Assembly (NCBI RefSeq): GCF_033153115.1
Contig: NW_026889801.1
Span: 13,950,001-14,014,000, forward strand
Length of the DNA: 64,000 nt
Direction of reading: 5' to 3'
Origin: Saccostrea echinata
Lineage: Eukaryota
Positions 48,486-59,965 of this stretch are shown one piece after another. Numbering within the stretch: position 1 is the first letter of the stretch; every line of letters starts with the position of its first letter. The notes under the pieces are model-generated. The model saw only the letters and a list, made by a program, of their open reading frames with translations. It searched no databases and was not told the origin of the DNA. The position numbers were made by a program, and so were the translations under genes.

Positions 48486-48570
48486 GGGTTTTCCCCATGA
48501 TACTAAATATAGATAGAAAAAAAAGGTATATAAAAAAAAAAGAAAAAGAAAAAAATAGCCTCATTTGATC

Positions 48571-49071
48571 ATGAGTCTCCAGGAGATACAGGGTGATTTA
48601 TTAAACATTCCTGTAGAAGCTATTGTACATCAATGTAACTGTTTAACAGTCAGAGCTCATGGATTGAGTCAAAGTATAGCAGATAAATATCCTCAAGCGA
48701 ATTTGTATGCCACCCGCAGACCTTTAGGGTCTAGAAATTTAGCCTTAGAAGAGGACAGGGATAAGCCAGGAACCATTAGGGTGTTTTCCTCACAAACACC
48801 TGTGGTCATTTGTTTATTAGCTCAATGGGATTATGGCAGAGCAAGTCACAGACCTAAAAGAATCTCCACTTATCAGGACACCCCACAAAATAGAGAGCAA
48901 TGGTTTCAAGCCTGTTTACAAGAATTGGGAAATTTACCTTATAAAACTCTTGCTTTTCCTTACAAGATTGGATGTGGCTTAGCTGGAGGAAATTGGACTC
49001 ATTATAGACATTATATTGAACAATTTGTACACACTTATGACAAACATGTGTACATTCTTCATAAACATTAA
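48571..49071 (+). CDS. Macrodomain protein (Poa1p/TARG1/DarG-like ADP-ribose hydrolase fold)
   Basis: IQGDLL, AIVHQCNC, GLSQSIADKYP, AFPYKIGCGLAGGNW. Confidence 0.88.
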   Translation: MSLQEIQGDLLNIPVEAIVHQCNCLTVRAHGLSQSIADKYPQANLYATRRPLGSRNLALEEDRDKPGTIRVFSSQTPVVICLLAQWDYGRASHRPKRISTYQDTPQNREQWFQACLQELGNLPYKTLAFPYKIGCGLAGGNWTHYRHYIEQFVHTYDKHVYILHKH

Positions 49072-49509
49072 CTGTGTGTGTGTGTGTTTTTTATGTGATA
49101 TAAAATAAATCTTTTTTTGAAATATATGGGTAGGCGTGATGCTATTGAAAGTACCTTTTTAGGAATGAAGTGCCATGCTCCAGCCTCCACAAAAGTAGAT
49201 ATATTTTAAAAACAGGAGAGAAGGTCCACAGCAGTCTGATGCACTCATAAGCAGATCCTTGTGGGTGGGGGGCCCAGTAGAAACACTAGGAATTTTTTAA
49301 AATTCCATGAGATCATCCAGTTTGGCTCACAGTACAGTTTTTCTTTTCCCCCTGTAATATATTGTCAATATTAAAAAATGAAAAAATTCAGAAAATCATC
49401 AGCACTTGGAGATATAAAAAAAACCTTGCTATCTTTTACCAACTATGGTATTATAATTTACATTATCAATTATCTTTGACTTATCCATTTTTTTTATCCA
49501 TTTTTTTTT

Positions 49510-49578
<69 letters not shown>

Positions 49579-50033
49579 ATGTATAGTAAAAAACAGAATT
49601 AAAATTTGTATCTCATTGAAAACTTCAAAGTTTTGTTTGTTTCTATATGTTGGATGATTAACTGTGTGTGTGTTTTTCCAAAAAGGAAGAGTACAGCCCA
49701 GGCTTCACTTCATAGAGACTGGATTATAGATGGTTAGGAACCTAAAAAAAAAACATATCTTCCAATGTTGAGGACTGTAGAAATAAAACCATTTTTGTTA
49801 TGATGACAAAATACTACATGAAACAATGCATGTTTTTAAATGTAATGGAAAAAAAAGAGTAATATATATATATCAAGACCTAACTTATACTGGAATCAAT
49901 GAAATTTCATTCATAAAAATATATATATTTAAAAGACAAAAGATAAAATACAGACTTTATTTACTATGGACCATAAATGATGACATGAATAGCAGGCCAT
50001 ACTTTAAGCACATGACAAACCATTATCTCAAAA

Positions 50034-50980
50034 TCATGCAGAACTGGGTTCATTAGCATAGCTGACATTAAAAGGAGCATACATGTCGTGTTTGTCCTTC
50101 TCGTGTTTGTCTCTATTTTTCTGGGTGACGTAGATTTTGGAACAATATCGACATTTATATCTCATTCCTTTAGGAAGTGTAGGTGTAGAAGCGGTCAGAG
50201 GTTGAAAGCGTGCTATTTTAGGAGTGTGAATGGGGACTTTAATTCTAGGAGAGGGAATTCCCACATTGACTCGAGGAAACACTTCTAAATCGGTAGCTCT
50301 TTGACTGCCTATGGGCCCCATAGGACGATCCATTCTCATTTCAGCTTGTTTCTTTAATAACTCCCCAATAGTTTTTTGTCTTTGTTCCTTATAATACTGA
50401 TTGATTTCGTTTTTTAGACTTTCGGGCATGGCTTTTCGTTGAGCTGGAGTTTGGGAGTGGTTTTTTTCTTCTTTCTACCACCAGGGGCTTTTCTTTGAGT
50501 AGGTTTTCTCTTAGGAGGTTTTCTCTTCTTTTGGGTCTTTTGAGCTGCTCCTCCTCCTACTCGGACCATCCAGTCGGGAAACACTCTTTGTTTCTTATTA
50601 TCGACTCGCACTACCACACTTTTCAAACGACGGACACGTCGTTTCTTAGGTGCATTCCATTTAAATAAATGACGAATGATGACTCCGCCTAGAAATCCGG
50701 CTCCTCCGCGTTTTAAAATGGCATTTTTTCTGTCTTGATCACTCGCCGACTTATCGGCTATGATGCTTAAATCTTGACGATGATTATTAATAAACTTTTG
50801 AGTCTGTTTATTGATGGGTAAGACCCCACTTATCAAATTTCGAGCTCCCATAGCAAACCAATTCAATAAGGCTTTACGCCCTAATTCGATTAAATGGGCC
50901 CGCTTGGCAGGATCTCGTTCCCGCTGTAAACGTCGTAAGGTTTTCACTAATTTACTCTTGGCCGAGAGAGGTCGACCCAT
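50034..50980 (-). pseudogene. Second copy of the basic Zn-finger gene (ATG intact, different frameshift near 50450, last codons replaced at the junction)
   Basis: ORFs 50414-50980 and 50034-50429. Confidence 0.75.
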
Positions 50981-51025
50981 GACGACTGCATAATGATGAA
51001 TGACAAGTGTAATGTTGATACATTT

Positions 51026-51667
51026 TTATTTATACTCTTGTGGCATGTGTATAGTTAACAATTCAAACAATCGACTTCTCAATCTGTATTCGTCTGGGGT
51101 CTGTGGATTCAAGTCCACCAGGAGATACCCGTGAGGAACACTGGTGGCTTCTTGATAGGCCGACATCAAATGAGGTAAGGCTAACTGTCGACTCAAGACA
51201 CTGATTTGAGATTTGTCTCTGGGATTTTTAAACAACACTAAATAATGAGCATTCAAACTAATGGTGCGATGCTGTGGTGCTCTATCAAATAAGTTCTGAG
51301 TGATGTAAATCACACTGGTATTCCGATGATGCGCTTTACGGGTAAACCAATCCACGATCGATTCGATGGCTTTTCCTCCCATCATGTCGTCAAAAATGAG
51401 TAAGTGAGGAATAGTTATATTGGCCACTAATTTCTCATCGTCTTCTGGAATATTTAGAATGAAGGAGACCCGATCTGTTAAAGTAGTGTAAGCAGGTTGC
51501 CATTCCCGATAACACCAGACAATTTTTTGTGGCATGGGGGTAATCCAATGTAAATTTTCCACCAATTTCTTGACAAATTCCGTTTTCCCCGATTTAGAAG
51601 GTCCTGCTACCACCATGGTAAATTCGTGTTTCAATTGAAAAGACGGGAGTGTCTCCTCAGGTTGCAT
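51026..51667 (-). CDS. Second copy of the packaging ATPase
   Basis: Identical to 37485-38126 except QEATS vs QEDTS. Confidence 0.95.
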   Translation of the reverse strand: MQPEETLPSFQLKHEFTMVVAGPSKSGKTEFVKKLVENLHWITPMPQKIVWCYREWQPAYTTLTDRVSFILNIPEDDEKLVANITIPHLLIFDDMMGGKAIESIVDWFTRKAHHRNTSVIYITQNLFDRAPQHRTISLNAHYLVLFKNPRDKSQISVLSRQLALPHLMSAYQEATSVPHGYLLVDLNPQTPDEYRLRSRLFELLTIHMPQEYK

Positions 51668-51715
51668 GATGACAAATGAAGAGAAAAATAGGGTTTCAAT
51701 CCTTTTTATTCATAG

Positions 51716-52258
51716 TCAACACAGAAATATACGCTGGGTTCTCTTCACATCGGCTCGACAGATGGGGCAATACCGGAAGGTGGGAGCACATAATGAACAG
51801 CAACATACGTGTCCGCAAGGGAGTAAAGCCATTTGTAATTCTCTCTCTAAACAAATGTGACATTTTCCTGTGGCCTGGATCTCTGTAGAGGTTTGGTCTA
51901 GTAGAGGTTTGATTTCAGGTGAAGGTTTGTATCCCGCCCGGAGTAAATGGTTAATGAATACATTCATCACCCACTCACGTCCTTCATAGGTATTGATGTA
52001 GGGACAATTAGGGTTCCAATAAGCATGTTCTACATAAGGATCGTCTGTAGGTTCCCAGAGGTTTAAAGTCATACCACAATGAAAACAGATGGTCTTATCA
52101 CTCACTCCTCTGTAATAAAATCCGGCTTTGGCTAGGTCGGGTATTAATCCTTTTAAAGAATCGGGCCATCGATCATCAAAGGTAGCTTCTCTCTTTAAGA
52201 GCAGAGCATATTTAGGGTAAACAGGAAGGTAGTCTGGCTCCTTATCAACACCAGCCAT
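51716..52258 (-). CDS. iap: Second copy of IAP (BIR + RING)
   Basis: Protein identical to the 36894-37436 product. Confidence 0.95.
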   Translation of the reverse strand: MAGVDKEPDYLPVYPKYALLLKREATFDDRWPDSLKGLIPDLAKAGFYYRGVSDKTICFHCGMTLNLWEPTDDPYVEHAYWNPNCPYINTYEGREWVMNVFINHLLRAGYKPSPEIKPLLDQTSTEIQATGKCHICLERELQMALLPCGHVCCCSLCAPTFRYCPICRADVKRTQRIFLC

Positions 52259-52370
52259 GACTGAAGTGTTATATTATTTTCCCCCCTTTTTATAACCCCT
52301 CATTTTTTTGGGGGGGTTTTCCCCATAAAATGACAACACATTTAAAATACAGTTTTTTTTTTTTGTTTTT

Positions 52371-52588
52371 CAGGCACTTTAAGGGCCTAAAAGTGCACTC
52401 CGTTGACCCCCCATCCCCCCAGGGCCCAAAAAGTGCACTGAGTTGACCCCGCCATCCCCCCATGGCCCCAAAAGTGCACTCCGTTGATCCCCCCAGGGCC
52501 CCAAAAGTGCACTCCGTTGACCCCCCCATCCCCCCAGGGCCCAAAAGTTCACTCAGTTGACCCGCCTAGCTAGACGCCTTATACTACT
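52371..52588 (-). repeat. Right TIR with ~5 tandem ~40-bp G/C-rich subterminal units
   Basis: AAAAGTGCACT(C/G)(C/A)GTTGACCCCCCATCCCCCCAGGGCCC repeated; the left end has only ~1.5 units. Confidence 0.9.
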
Positions 52589-54832
52589 GTTACTCATTTA
52601 AAAAGGATAAATCAAATAATGAACACAAGTTGATAATAAATGCAGAAGATACTACATGTATCAGCTAAGCTATCAAAACAGAACTGCACCTTATAAGTAT
52701 CCTTAATTTAATTGTTGAAATGTTCTATTTAATGCATTATTACATGTACGTTAACAGGATAATACAGACTCCTAAATATACGCCAGGAATAAATTACCGC
52801 GTAATTTCGCGAAAACACCATTTGCACAATAAAATGTGCTCGCTTTTATTTTTATGGTACTTAATAAGATTTAATATTTCAACCGTCCACTCTCTAGTAA
52901 CTGTTCTTGCGATTTGATCCTAGGGCCATTCCTCGATATTAAATATTGCGTAAAAATAGAAATCTACAGCTATGTTGAAGGAGAGTGCTTAAAAAGAACA
53001 AGGTAGAATTAGGGCCTTTTTTGGCCCTGTGAAATTCTGAAAAATCAAAACTGCTCAGTTTTAGGTAAAAATACATAAGATTTCACTTGGACACCTGGTG
53101 ACTGCATATCTCTTAAAAATGATTTTGTTTTTGCTGTATTATGACATCATGAATTACGTCACTTTCCTCAAATACTGAAAATTTCCACATTTATTTAATG
53201 GCAAAAATTTCAAGCTTTTTTTTTTCAATATTTTGCCAGATCCCAACCTCTGATCAAAAAATGTTCAATTGCATAATGAAAGAACTGTTTCAAAAGATTA
53301 TAATCCATGTTTCATTTTTTTTATCGAGGGGTGGTCGCATATTTTAATTCATTGCTGCAGCTGCTCAAATAAACCATTCTCTTCAAAATTCAAGAAAAAT
53401 GCAATTTCACAAAAAAACCTATTTTGAAATACCTAGACTCTCAGAGGAAATTTTTTTTATAGGAAATGAAGGCACTGATTCTCTACTTTATACTGATGTT
53501 TAAAATGGGACATTGGGACTTGGTCAGTTAATTGGTATACGTGCAGGGCCATTTTATGGATAAAGAGAATCTATCTCTTTGTACCGGTCAAACGTTAGAA
53601 TATGAAAAGCAATGCCAAGACTGTTACTGGCGGTATTTGTGCGACTATTTTGTGACTGTATATTTACCACAAATGTGACTTTAGAGCAAAACTTGTTCAT
53701 GACACCATGTTCACAAAAAAGAAAGAAAAAGAAAATGAAAAATTCAGGACTAGTTATTTAAACGCCTTGTTTTTGAAGTGTTTCTAATCCAAAGGGAATT
53801 TTCTTTATTATTCACGAATCGTATAATGTTCTAGAAAGTATAATTATTATATTTTGCTAAAATTTCGTGAATAAAATTAAGATGAATCGATATCTTTACA
53901 AGAAGAAAGTATGGTTTTAGATTTATTGTGCCCTTAATATTGAATGTTTTCAAAAAGTTTTGAAACTGGCTTAGATATTAATTGATTATATGTCTGTGAT
54001 GAATCCGGAAAGAATATGATATGAAGGAGTACGATTCTAGAAATATGACGTCATAAATATGATGCATATCTCTATTTTAAACAAAAAAGCCTCAAAATGA
54101 CACATTTCAAGGGTTATAATTAAGAAAATAGTATCCACAGCCGTCGCCCACTTTAATTTCGGATATGTTGTGAAAAATTCTTATAAAAAATCACATATCT
54201 CAAAATCTTTGGGCGATGCCTTTGGACAATATTATCTGAATGAAAATTCCAGAGAAAATTGGTGTCTTCTGCAACTTTTTAAGAAAATACGAGAAAATGC
54301 AGAAGTTTATGACGTGCATTTAGAAGGTCATGTGAGAAAAATCATTTGTATGATCTTTCTGCATGGAATTACAATGATTCAGAAAGCATAAGTTTTATAA
54401 TTTTTACATTTTTTTTACATAACGCTTTCATTTCTAAGAAAAACACAGGGCAAGATTTATATGGAAACCCTTCCTTGTTCTTTCAAAGTTGTTTGACTAA
54501 AAATTAAAAATAACACGAATTGTAAAAAAGGAAGATTCTATTTAGCAATTTACAGAATTAACGAGAAAATGATATAGTGCAACATTGTTAAAATTATCAC
54601 AACGATAGTAAAAGAAAAATATAACATGATGGCTAGATAGATTTATCAAGGATTAAGTGGGTTCTTAATTTATCGATTTCCGTTTATACAGAAAACACGT
54701 AGTCATTTGAATAATAGAAGGTCACCCACACTACTGTTAAAACGAAAGTGGACTTATTTTACATTCTACCGAGATATAAATGCTGCTGTATCGGTTTGTT
54801 ATGTTGACGTTTAAGATTTTATTTTTCCTCAG

Positions 54833-56626
54833 ATGTTTATGCTACCTCGCTGATCTTTCCGAATGTCAATTATGCACAGGGTAAGTAAAGTGTTTGAAAT
54901 TGTGTGCCGTGTTTTCAGAAAAAAAGAACATTAATACTGAACAGAAAGTATCTACTTGCTATGGATATAAATTCATGTATTTTTTGTTTTTGTTATTTTT
55001 TGTACAATAAGCTTGGAAAAGTGTTGCTTCGGATACATGTGGGACGGAAGCCTTCAACAATGTCTAAGTATGCATTATTATTAACATGTATTTGCTTTAG
55101 TTAAAAAGAAAAAAAAGACAATGCATTTACAGTAAAACTTACTGACAAGGATTTCAAATACAACGAAATCTTATTTTAAAGGAAGACATATTTCCCCATT
55201 ACTTACATTATTCCATTTTCTCAATGGATACACAATATTTCGAGAAGAGGGAACTAAATAAAGTATATTCAGTGTTTTGTAGTTGGATATGGAATTTATT
55301 TCACGAGTGGGACAGGATTTTTTTCTTATATACGAGTGCGAAGCACGAGTGAAAATATATATATATATATATAAAAAATCCTGTCTCACGAGTGAAATAA
55401 ATTCCATATCTAACTGCAAAATAATGAATTTTCTAGTTATTACATTTTCTTCGATTTTTTTTTTTTTGGTCTGTCTTTTCGTTACACAGTCCTATAAGCT
55501 TTGACATCATAGCTGAGCATCTGAGACTTCATAACTAACATTGTAAACATTTTGACAATTTTAGTCTTTGTCAGGGTGGTTTATTTACTCTATATTTTAG
55601 CAGACCAGTGCGTATTTGTACAACATTCTTTGTAAGGGAAGAAAAATGGAGAGTTTTGCAATACTTCTGATATTCTTTCACACTTTGACGGAATATCTCT
55701 TCAGTATCCTTTCATACTGTGACAGAATATCACTTTTATTTAATGGATAAATTACAGTATTTGACTGTTGAAAATGTAATAATTTTTTTATCCTTTACAC
55801 ATCTAACAAACGATTCACTGAATTTCTGTAGACTGCATATATACTGATTGATTATTATACTGATTTCTAATAGAATGTGGCCTGGGATATTACGGGAAAA
55901 ATTGCAGTAGTAGATGTATATATCCAAATTTTGGAGAGGATTGTCAAAATGATTGTAACTGCTCAGAAGATGCTTGCGATTTTGCATTTGGTTGTAGGAG
56001 ACTTACAGGTAAGAAAGTGCCTCTGTGCGACCTTAATAGGTAACTGTTTGGTTTGCAAAAATAATTTCGTTCAAATATAACTTTTTATATATTTTTTCAA
56101 CAATTAAAAAGGCTCAACTCAACTGGAACTGGAGAGCCATACAATCCAAATTACATCAAAATCGAGGAATGTTGCTGGGGAATCAACCTATCTACAGTTT
56201 GACTTTAAATATCTATTTCTTGTTTCTATTATTGCTCTGAGTTGTGTTGTACTGCTAAATGTGCTCTGTTTTATTGCTTTTAAACGAAGATATGTTAAAA
56301 GGACTACAGGTGACAAGAATTATGAAGATTTAGGAGATACGGCTGTTAACATGTACAGTTCATTAAGTACAGGTGGATCTAGTACACTCTGTGAGGCAAA
56401 GACGATAGGACAGATCAGAATGCTCAACAGCAATGAAGACAAAAAATACATACTGGAATTCAAGACAAAACCGTTTAAGCTTAATCTGAATAACTGTACA
56501 TGTACACTGAACATACGAGATCCTACGAATGAAACTAATGCAAGTGATTCTTTGACAACGGAGGGAAGGCGTAGTGCTTTGTCTCCTGGAAATTTAGAAA
56601 ATAATTTATATATCCAAGTATCGTAA
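54833..56626 (+). CDS. Host MEGF10/SCARF/Draper-like EGF-repeat single-pass membrane protein (exons 54833-54880, 55012-55067, 55874-56008, 56112-56626; first exon not located)
   Basis: Phase-compatible GT-AG splicing gives CLCYLADLSECQLCTGLEKCCFGYMWDGSLQQCLKCGLGYYGKNCSSRCIYPNFGEDCQNDCNCSEDACDFAFGC..., a TM segment YLFLVSIIALSCVVLLNVLCFIAF followed by KRR, and a Tyr-motif tail; AATAAA at 56633. Confidence 0.85.
55276..55421. repeat. Intronic palindromic element (Crypton-like non-autonomous repeat)
   Basis: ~48-bp arms TTGTAGTTGGATATGGAATTTATTTCACGAGTGGGACAGGATTTTTT and its near reverse complement, around CGAGTGCGAAGCACGAGTG. A similar decayed structure lies at ~29106-29260. Confidence 0.6.
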
Positions 56627-57704
56627 CTGGGAAATAAAGATATGAATTAATCATTGTTACCTGTCACTTAAACAGGTAACATTATTAACACTCTGTTATG
56701 ATTTCAAATTGTAATTAGCCAACGTTTTCAAGTAACTCTATGATATAGTTCACTTAATTTTTTTTAATTCAATATGACATGCATACGGTTCGAAGTCTAC
56801 CAAAAATTATATTTTACTTTGGATTTTTTACCCCCCCCTCCTCTGAAAAAAAACCCACTGAAGAACAAAAGAGGAAAAAAAACAGAGGTCTGGTATAAAC
56901 AAATATTATGCTTTCTTTTCTCTCTCAGGTTTGAATCATCTAGGGCTGCCTTAACTCCCTCTTAAGTCCCAACAAATCTCCAACTGTGATATTCAAGCAT
57001 ACGTAAATCTAAATAATCATATATGATTTTAATGATTGCTTGAATTGTCATTTACGTCAACTATGTGATTAAATTATGAAACCTTAAACAATCCGTCATG
57101 CAGACATTAAGGAAAACTACTTTAAATTTATATTCTTTCAATGTGGTACTTTAAGCTACAAATGTGATCCTATTTTTATATGAAGTGGAAAAGCAGAGGT
57201 ACTCTAATTTGAGGAAATCTGAGGGATTTATAAATTATTATGAGGTTCAGCTATTTATGGAAAGTTAATGATCGATCTTTATTTTATGAAAGTGTACATG
57301 AATGTTTCATAGAAATTAGGCTATTCGATATAACTTTATCCAGCCAATCACTGATTTATGTATATCCGATGTTTTCAAGCAACAGGACGGATGTGATGCA
57401 ATTTTGATATGTGATTTTGTTTTCTACGGACTTGATTATCTAATTTTAAAAATTAAGCTCTTGAGAGCTATTTCCGTGTCAGTATTTTATGAACTGATTT
57501 TATGTATATCAATATTTTTTGTAATTATTTCTAATAAATTAAAGTACTGACATTAACCTTTGAGCTTGCGTTTCAACGTTTATCTGAGGAGTTTACCATT
57601 GAAAGAAATGAAATCCAAAGTTCAAATTTTGTTCTAACTACTTTTATTTAATCAACAGTACACAGAATAAAAAAAGCATAATACTCCTTAAAAACTAAGA
57701 AAGA

Positions 57705-58372
57705 AACAAGATGTGTTTGTGAAACACTGAGGTCCCCTTATGACAGCTTAAATCGAAGGTTAAACTTTTTAAATGCAAGTCTTATTCCAATGCAAGGTTA
57801 AGGTATCAAAAATTTAGATTCCCAAAGAAAAGTCTTGTCTCAAGAAATATACAATAGGTGAAACAGAAATAAAAAGTTGGTAAAACTCAAAGGTCAAAGG
57901 GTTAAAATTGTTAGTATACAAAGAAAGGTCTTGTGACTAGGAATACTCCTTTGAAAAAATGTCCTAACCATGCATAAGCTTTGGTCAATTTTTAAGTTTT
58001 TAAAAGTGGGTCAAACTCTAAGATCAGGGTAAAAAGCTAAAAAATATTTATACACAAGAAAAAGCCTTCTCACAAGGAATGATTTTTTGCAGTATGAAAG
58101 CCCTAACACAAAGTGTTAAAAAGATATGGCTTATGTAAAAGTGTGGTAAAATGTTGCAAAAGTTGGTCAAACGCCAAGGTCAAATATGTTGCTACCCCAA
58201 GAAAGATCTTGTCACAAGAAATACATGTAAGAAATATGAAAACCATAGCTCGAACCAATCAAAAGTTTTGAGCAAGGTTAAAGTTTTTGCGGACAAACAG
58301 ACACTGTCAGACAGAGTGACGGACAGGACAAAAACTATATACTCCCGAGTATTCGATTATGGAGGCAAAAAA
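57705..58372 (-). mobile_element. Older, shorter copy of the 10847-12145 HINE family
   Basis: Same termini (AACAAGATGTGTTTGTGAAACAC; CTCCCG..GGAGGCAAAAAA) and degenerate ~145-bp units. Confidence 0.75.
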
Positions 58373-59965
58373 ATGGTACAGCATACAATATTTCATTCCA
58401 ACTAAGCAATGATAAGCAAGGATAATAAAAGAAAATATCTCAGCAATGCATAAAATCTTAGTAACAATAACTTAGCTATATACATGAAATAGTAAGGAAC
58501 AATGAAATTGTATTTGTTCAAGTATATCTGTTCTGTATGTTACTGCTTAATATGCTATATATCATGTTCTATGCTGTATTAGCCTCTCTTTCCTTCTCTT
58601 TTTCTTTTTATTGTATATACAACTGATTTCTTCTGTATTTTGTTGCAGATATTTACAATGTAAGATTTAGGAGAGAATAACTATATTTTCAAAAAAAAAA
58701 AAAAAAACAAAAACAAAAACAAAACAAAAACAAACAAACAAACAAACAAATTTTTACAGATAGAAGGCATAAAATGTTCACTGTTCATAATTAGATTTTA
58801 AATATATAAGTACGTAAGCATAATTCTTTAAAAAAGAATTTATTTGCAGTACCAATCGTCAATAATACAGTATTCTCTCTTGATGTACAGGAATTATTGT
58901 TGTTGTTGTTGTTTTTTTTTTCAATGATCTTCACTTCACAACATGAAATCTTCATCTTTTCTTTCGCCTTTGATGATTCCTTGATCATAAATTGAATTTT
59001 ATTATTTGGAATTATTCTAATCAATTTCTCTTTCGAACTTTCATGTACTGTGATCTGGTACATTTAGCATACTGCACACATAGACCGATTAATAAATGGT
59101 ATCGTTGTCTTTATGCAGGACTTGAGAGACAAACATGTAAATGCGCATATCGTAATTGGAACAACTTACAGTTTACTTCTAGGGAGTGATGATATGAAGA
59201 AAGATATATATTGCAAAATTCTATGATTCTAAGTATTGTATAATGCTGTATTTCTAGGGAAAAAGTTTTTCATAAAAAAACCTTTTGACCCTTCTTTGTA
59301 CCCAACCTATTTAATAGCTAACGGGTTGGGGCAGATTACGCTTTATAAACCACGAGGCTTTTTTTTAGTGTAAACTGTTCCAATCAAGTTATACAGTATA
59401 TCTTGCATACCTGAAAAAATTGATTGCTTATATTTTTTTTCATTCCGATAAGTGTAAAATCACGTATGAGACACTTTTCTCTTTGTAAATGTCTTCAAAT
59501 TCTACAGATTTTAAAATTAACGTCAAACGTATTGATACCTTTTTTATGTTAAGTTATTGTGACCTAGGCAGCACAGGTTATACGACAAAAACTGTTTTTT
59601 TATCCAATGAAATCAATAAAGGAATTTTTGATTCAGTAATCAAGGTAACAAACACTAATATACAGATCAATTCATATTTGTGTATTTTATTAAATTATTT
59701 GCATCTGTAGCTAATATCTAATATCTAATCATTACTGTTGAAATGACTGATTAAAGTAAACTTGTCTCCTTCAACATTAAATTACAGAGTTTGAGAGGAG
59801 TCTGGTCCTGTTGAAAGAAATAATTCCATGTTAATAGTGATAAAAGGAGTACAAAAAGAAATCTCTTATGATAATTTCAAGTACTTATTTGTGCGACCAG
59901 CGTAAATTGTAAAGGGTTTTTAATTAATGAAAAATAAATATAACATTAATATCTACAAAAAATCG

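Larger units (their letters stand above)
50073..52370 (-). repeat. Inverted duplicate of ~36777-39081 (IAP, ATPase, basic Zn-finger gene)
   Basis: Near-identical reverse complement with only a handful of substitutions and homopolymer indels. Confidence 0.97.
32589..52588 (+). mobile_element. Complete Maverick/Polinton (adintovirus-like endogenous virus), 20,000 bp
   Basis: Termini AGTAGTATAAGGCGTCTAGCTAGGCGGGTCAACTGAGTG ... reverse complement ending ATACTACT; perfect 6-bp TSD GTTACT (32583-32588, 52589-52594); full core gene set. Confidence 0.98.

Noticed and set aside
49072-50072. AT-rich 1-kb segment inside the Polinton as a further gene or nested element
   Set aside because: No convincing ORF, TIR or TSD; only a (TA)n run and a short repeated TTAACTGTGTGTG.
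32589-52588. Element length of exactly 20,000 bp as a meaningful signal
   Set aside because: Within the normal Polinton size range and dependent on variable homopolymer lengths; treated as coincidence.
53009-54455. Possible TIR element (GCCCTGTG ... CACAGGGC)
   Set aside because: The inverted match is short and imperfect and no TSD could be defined.
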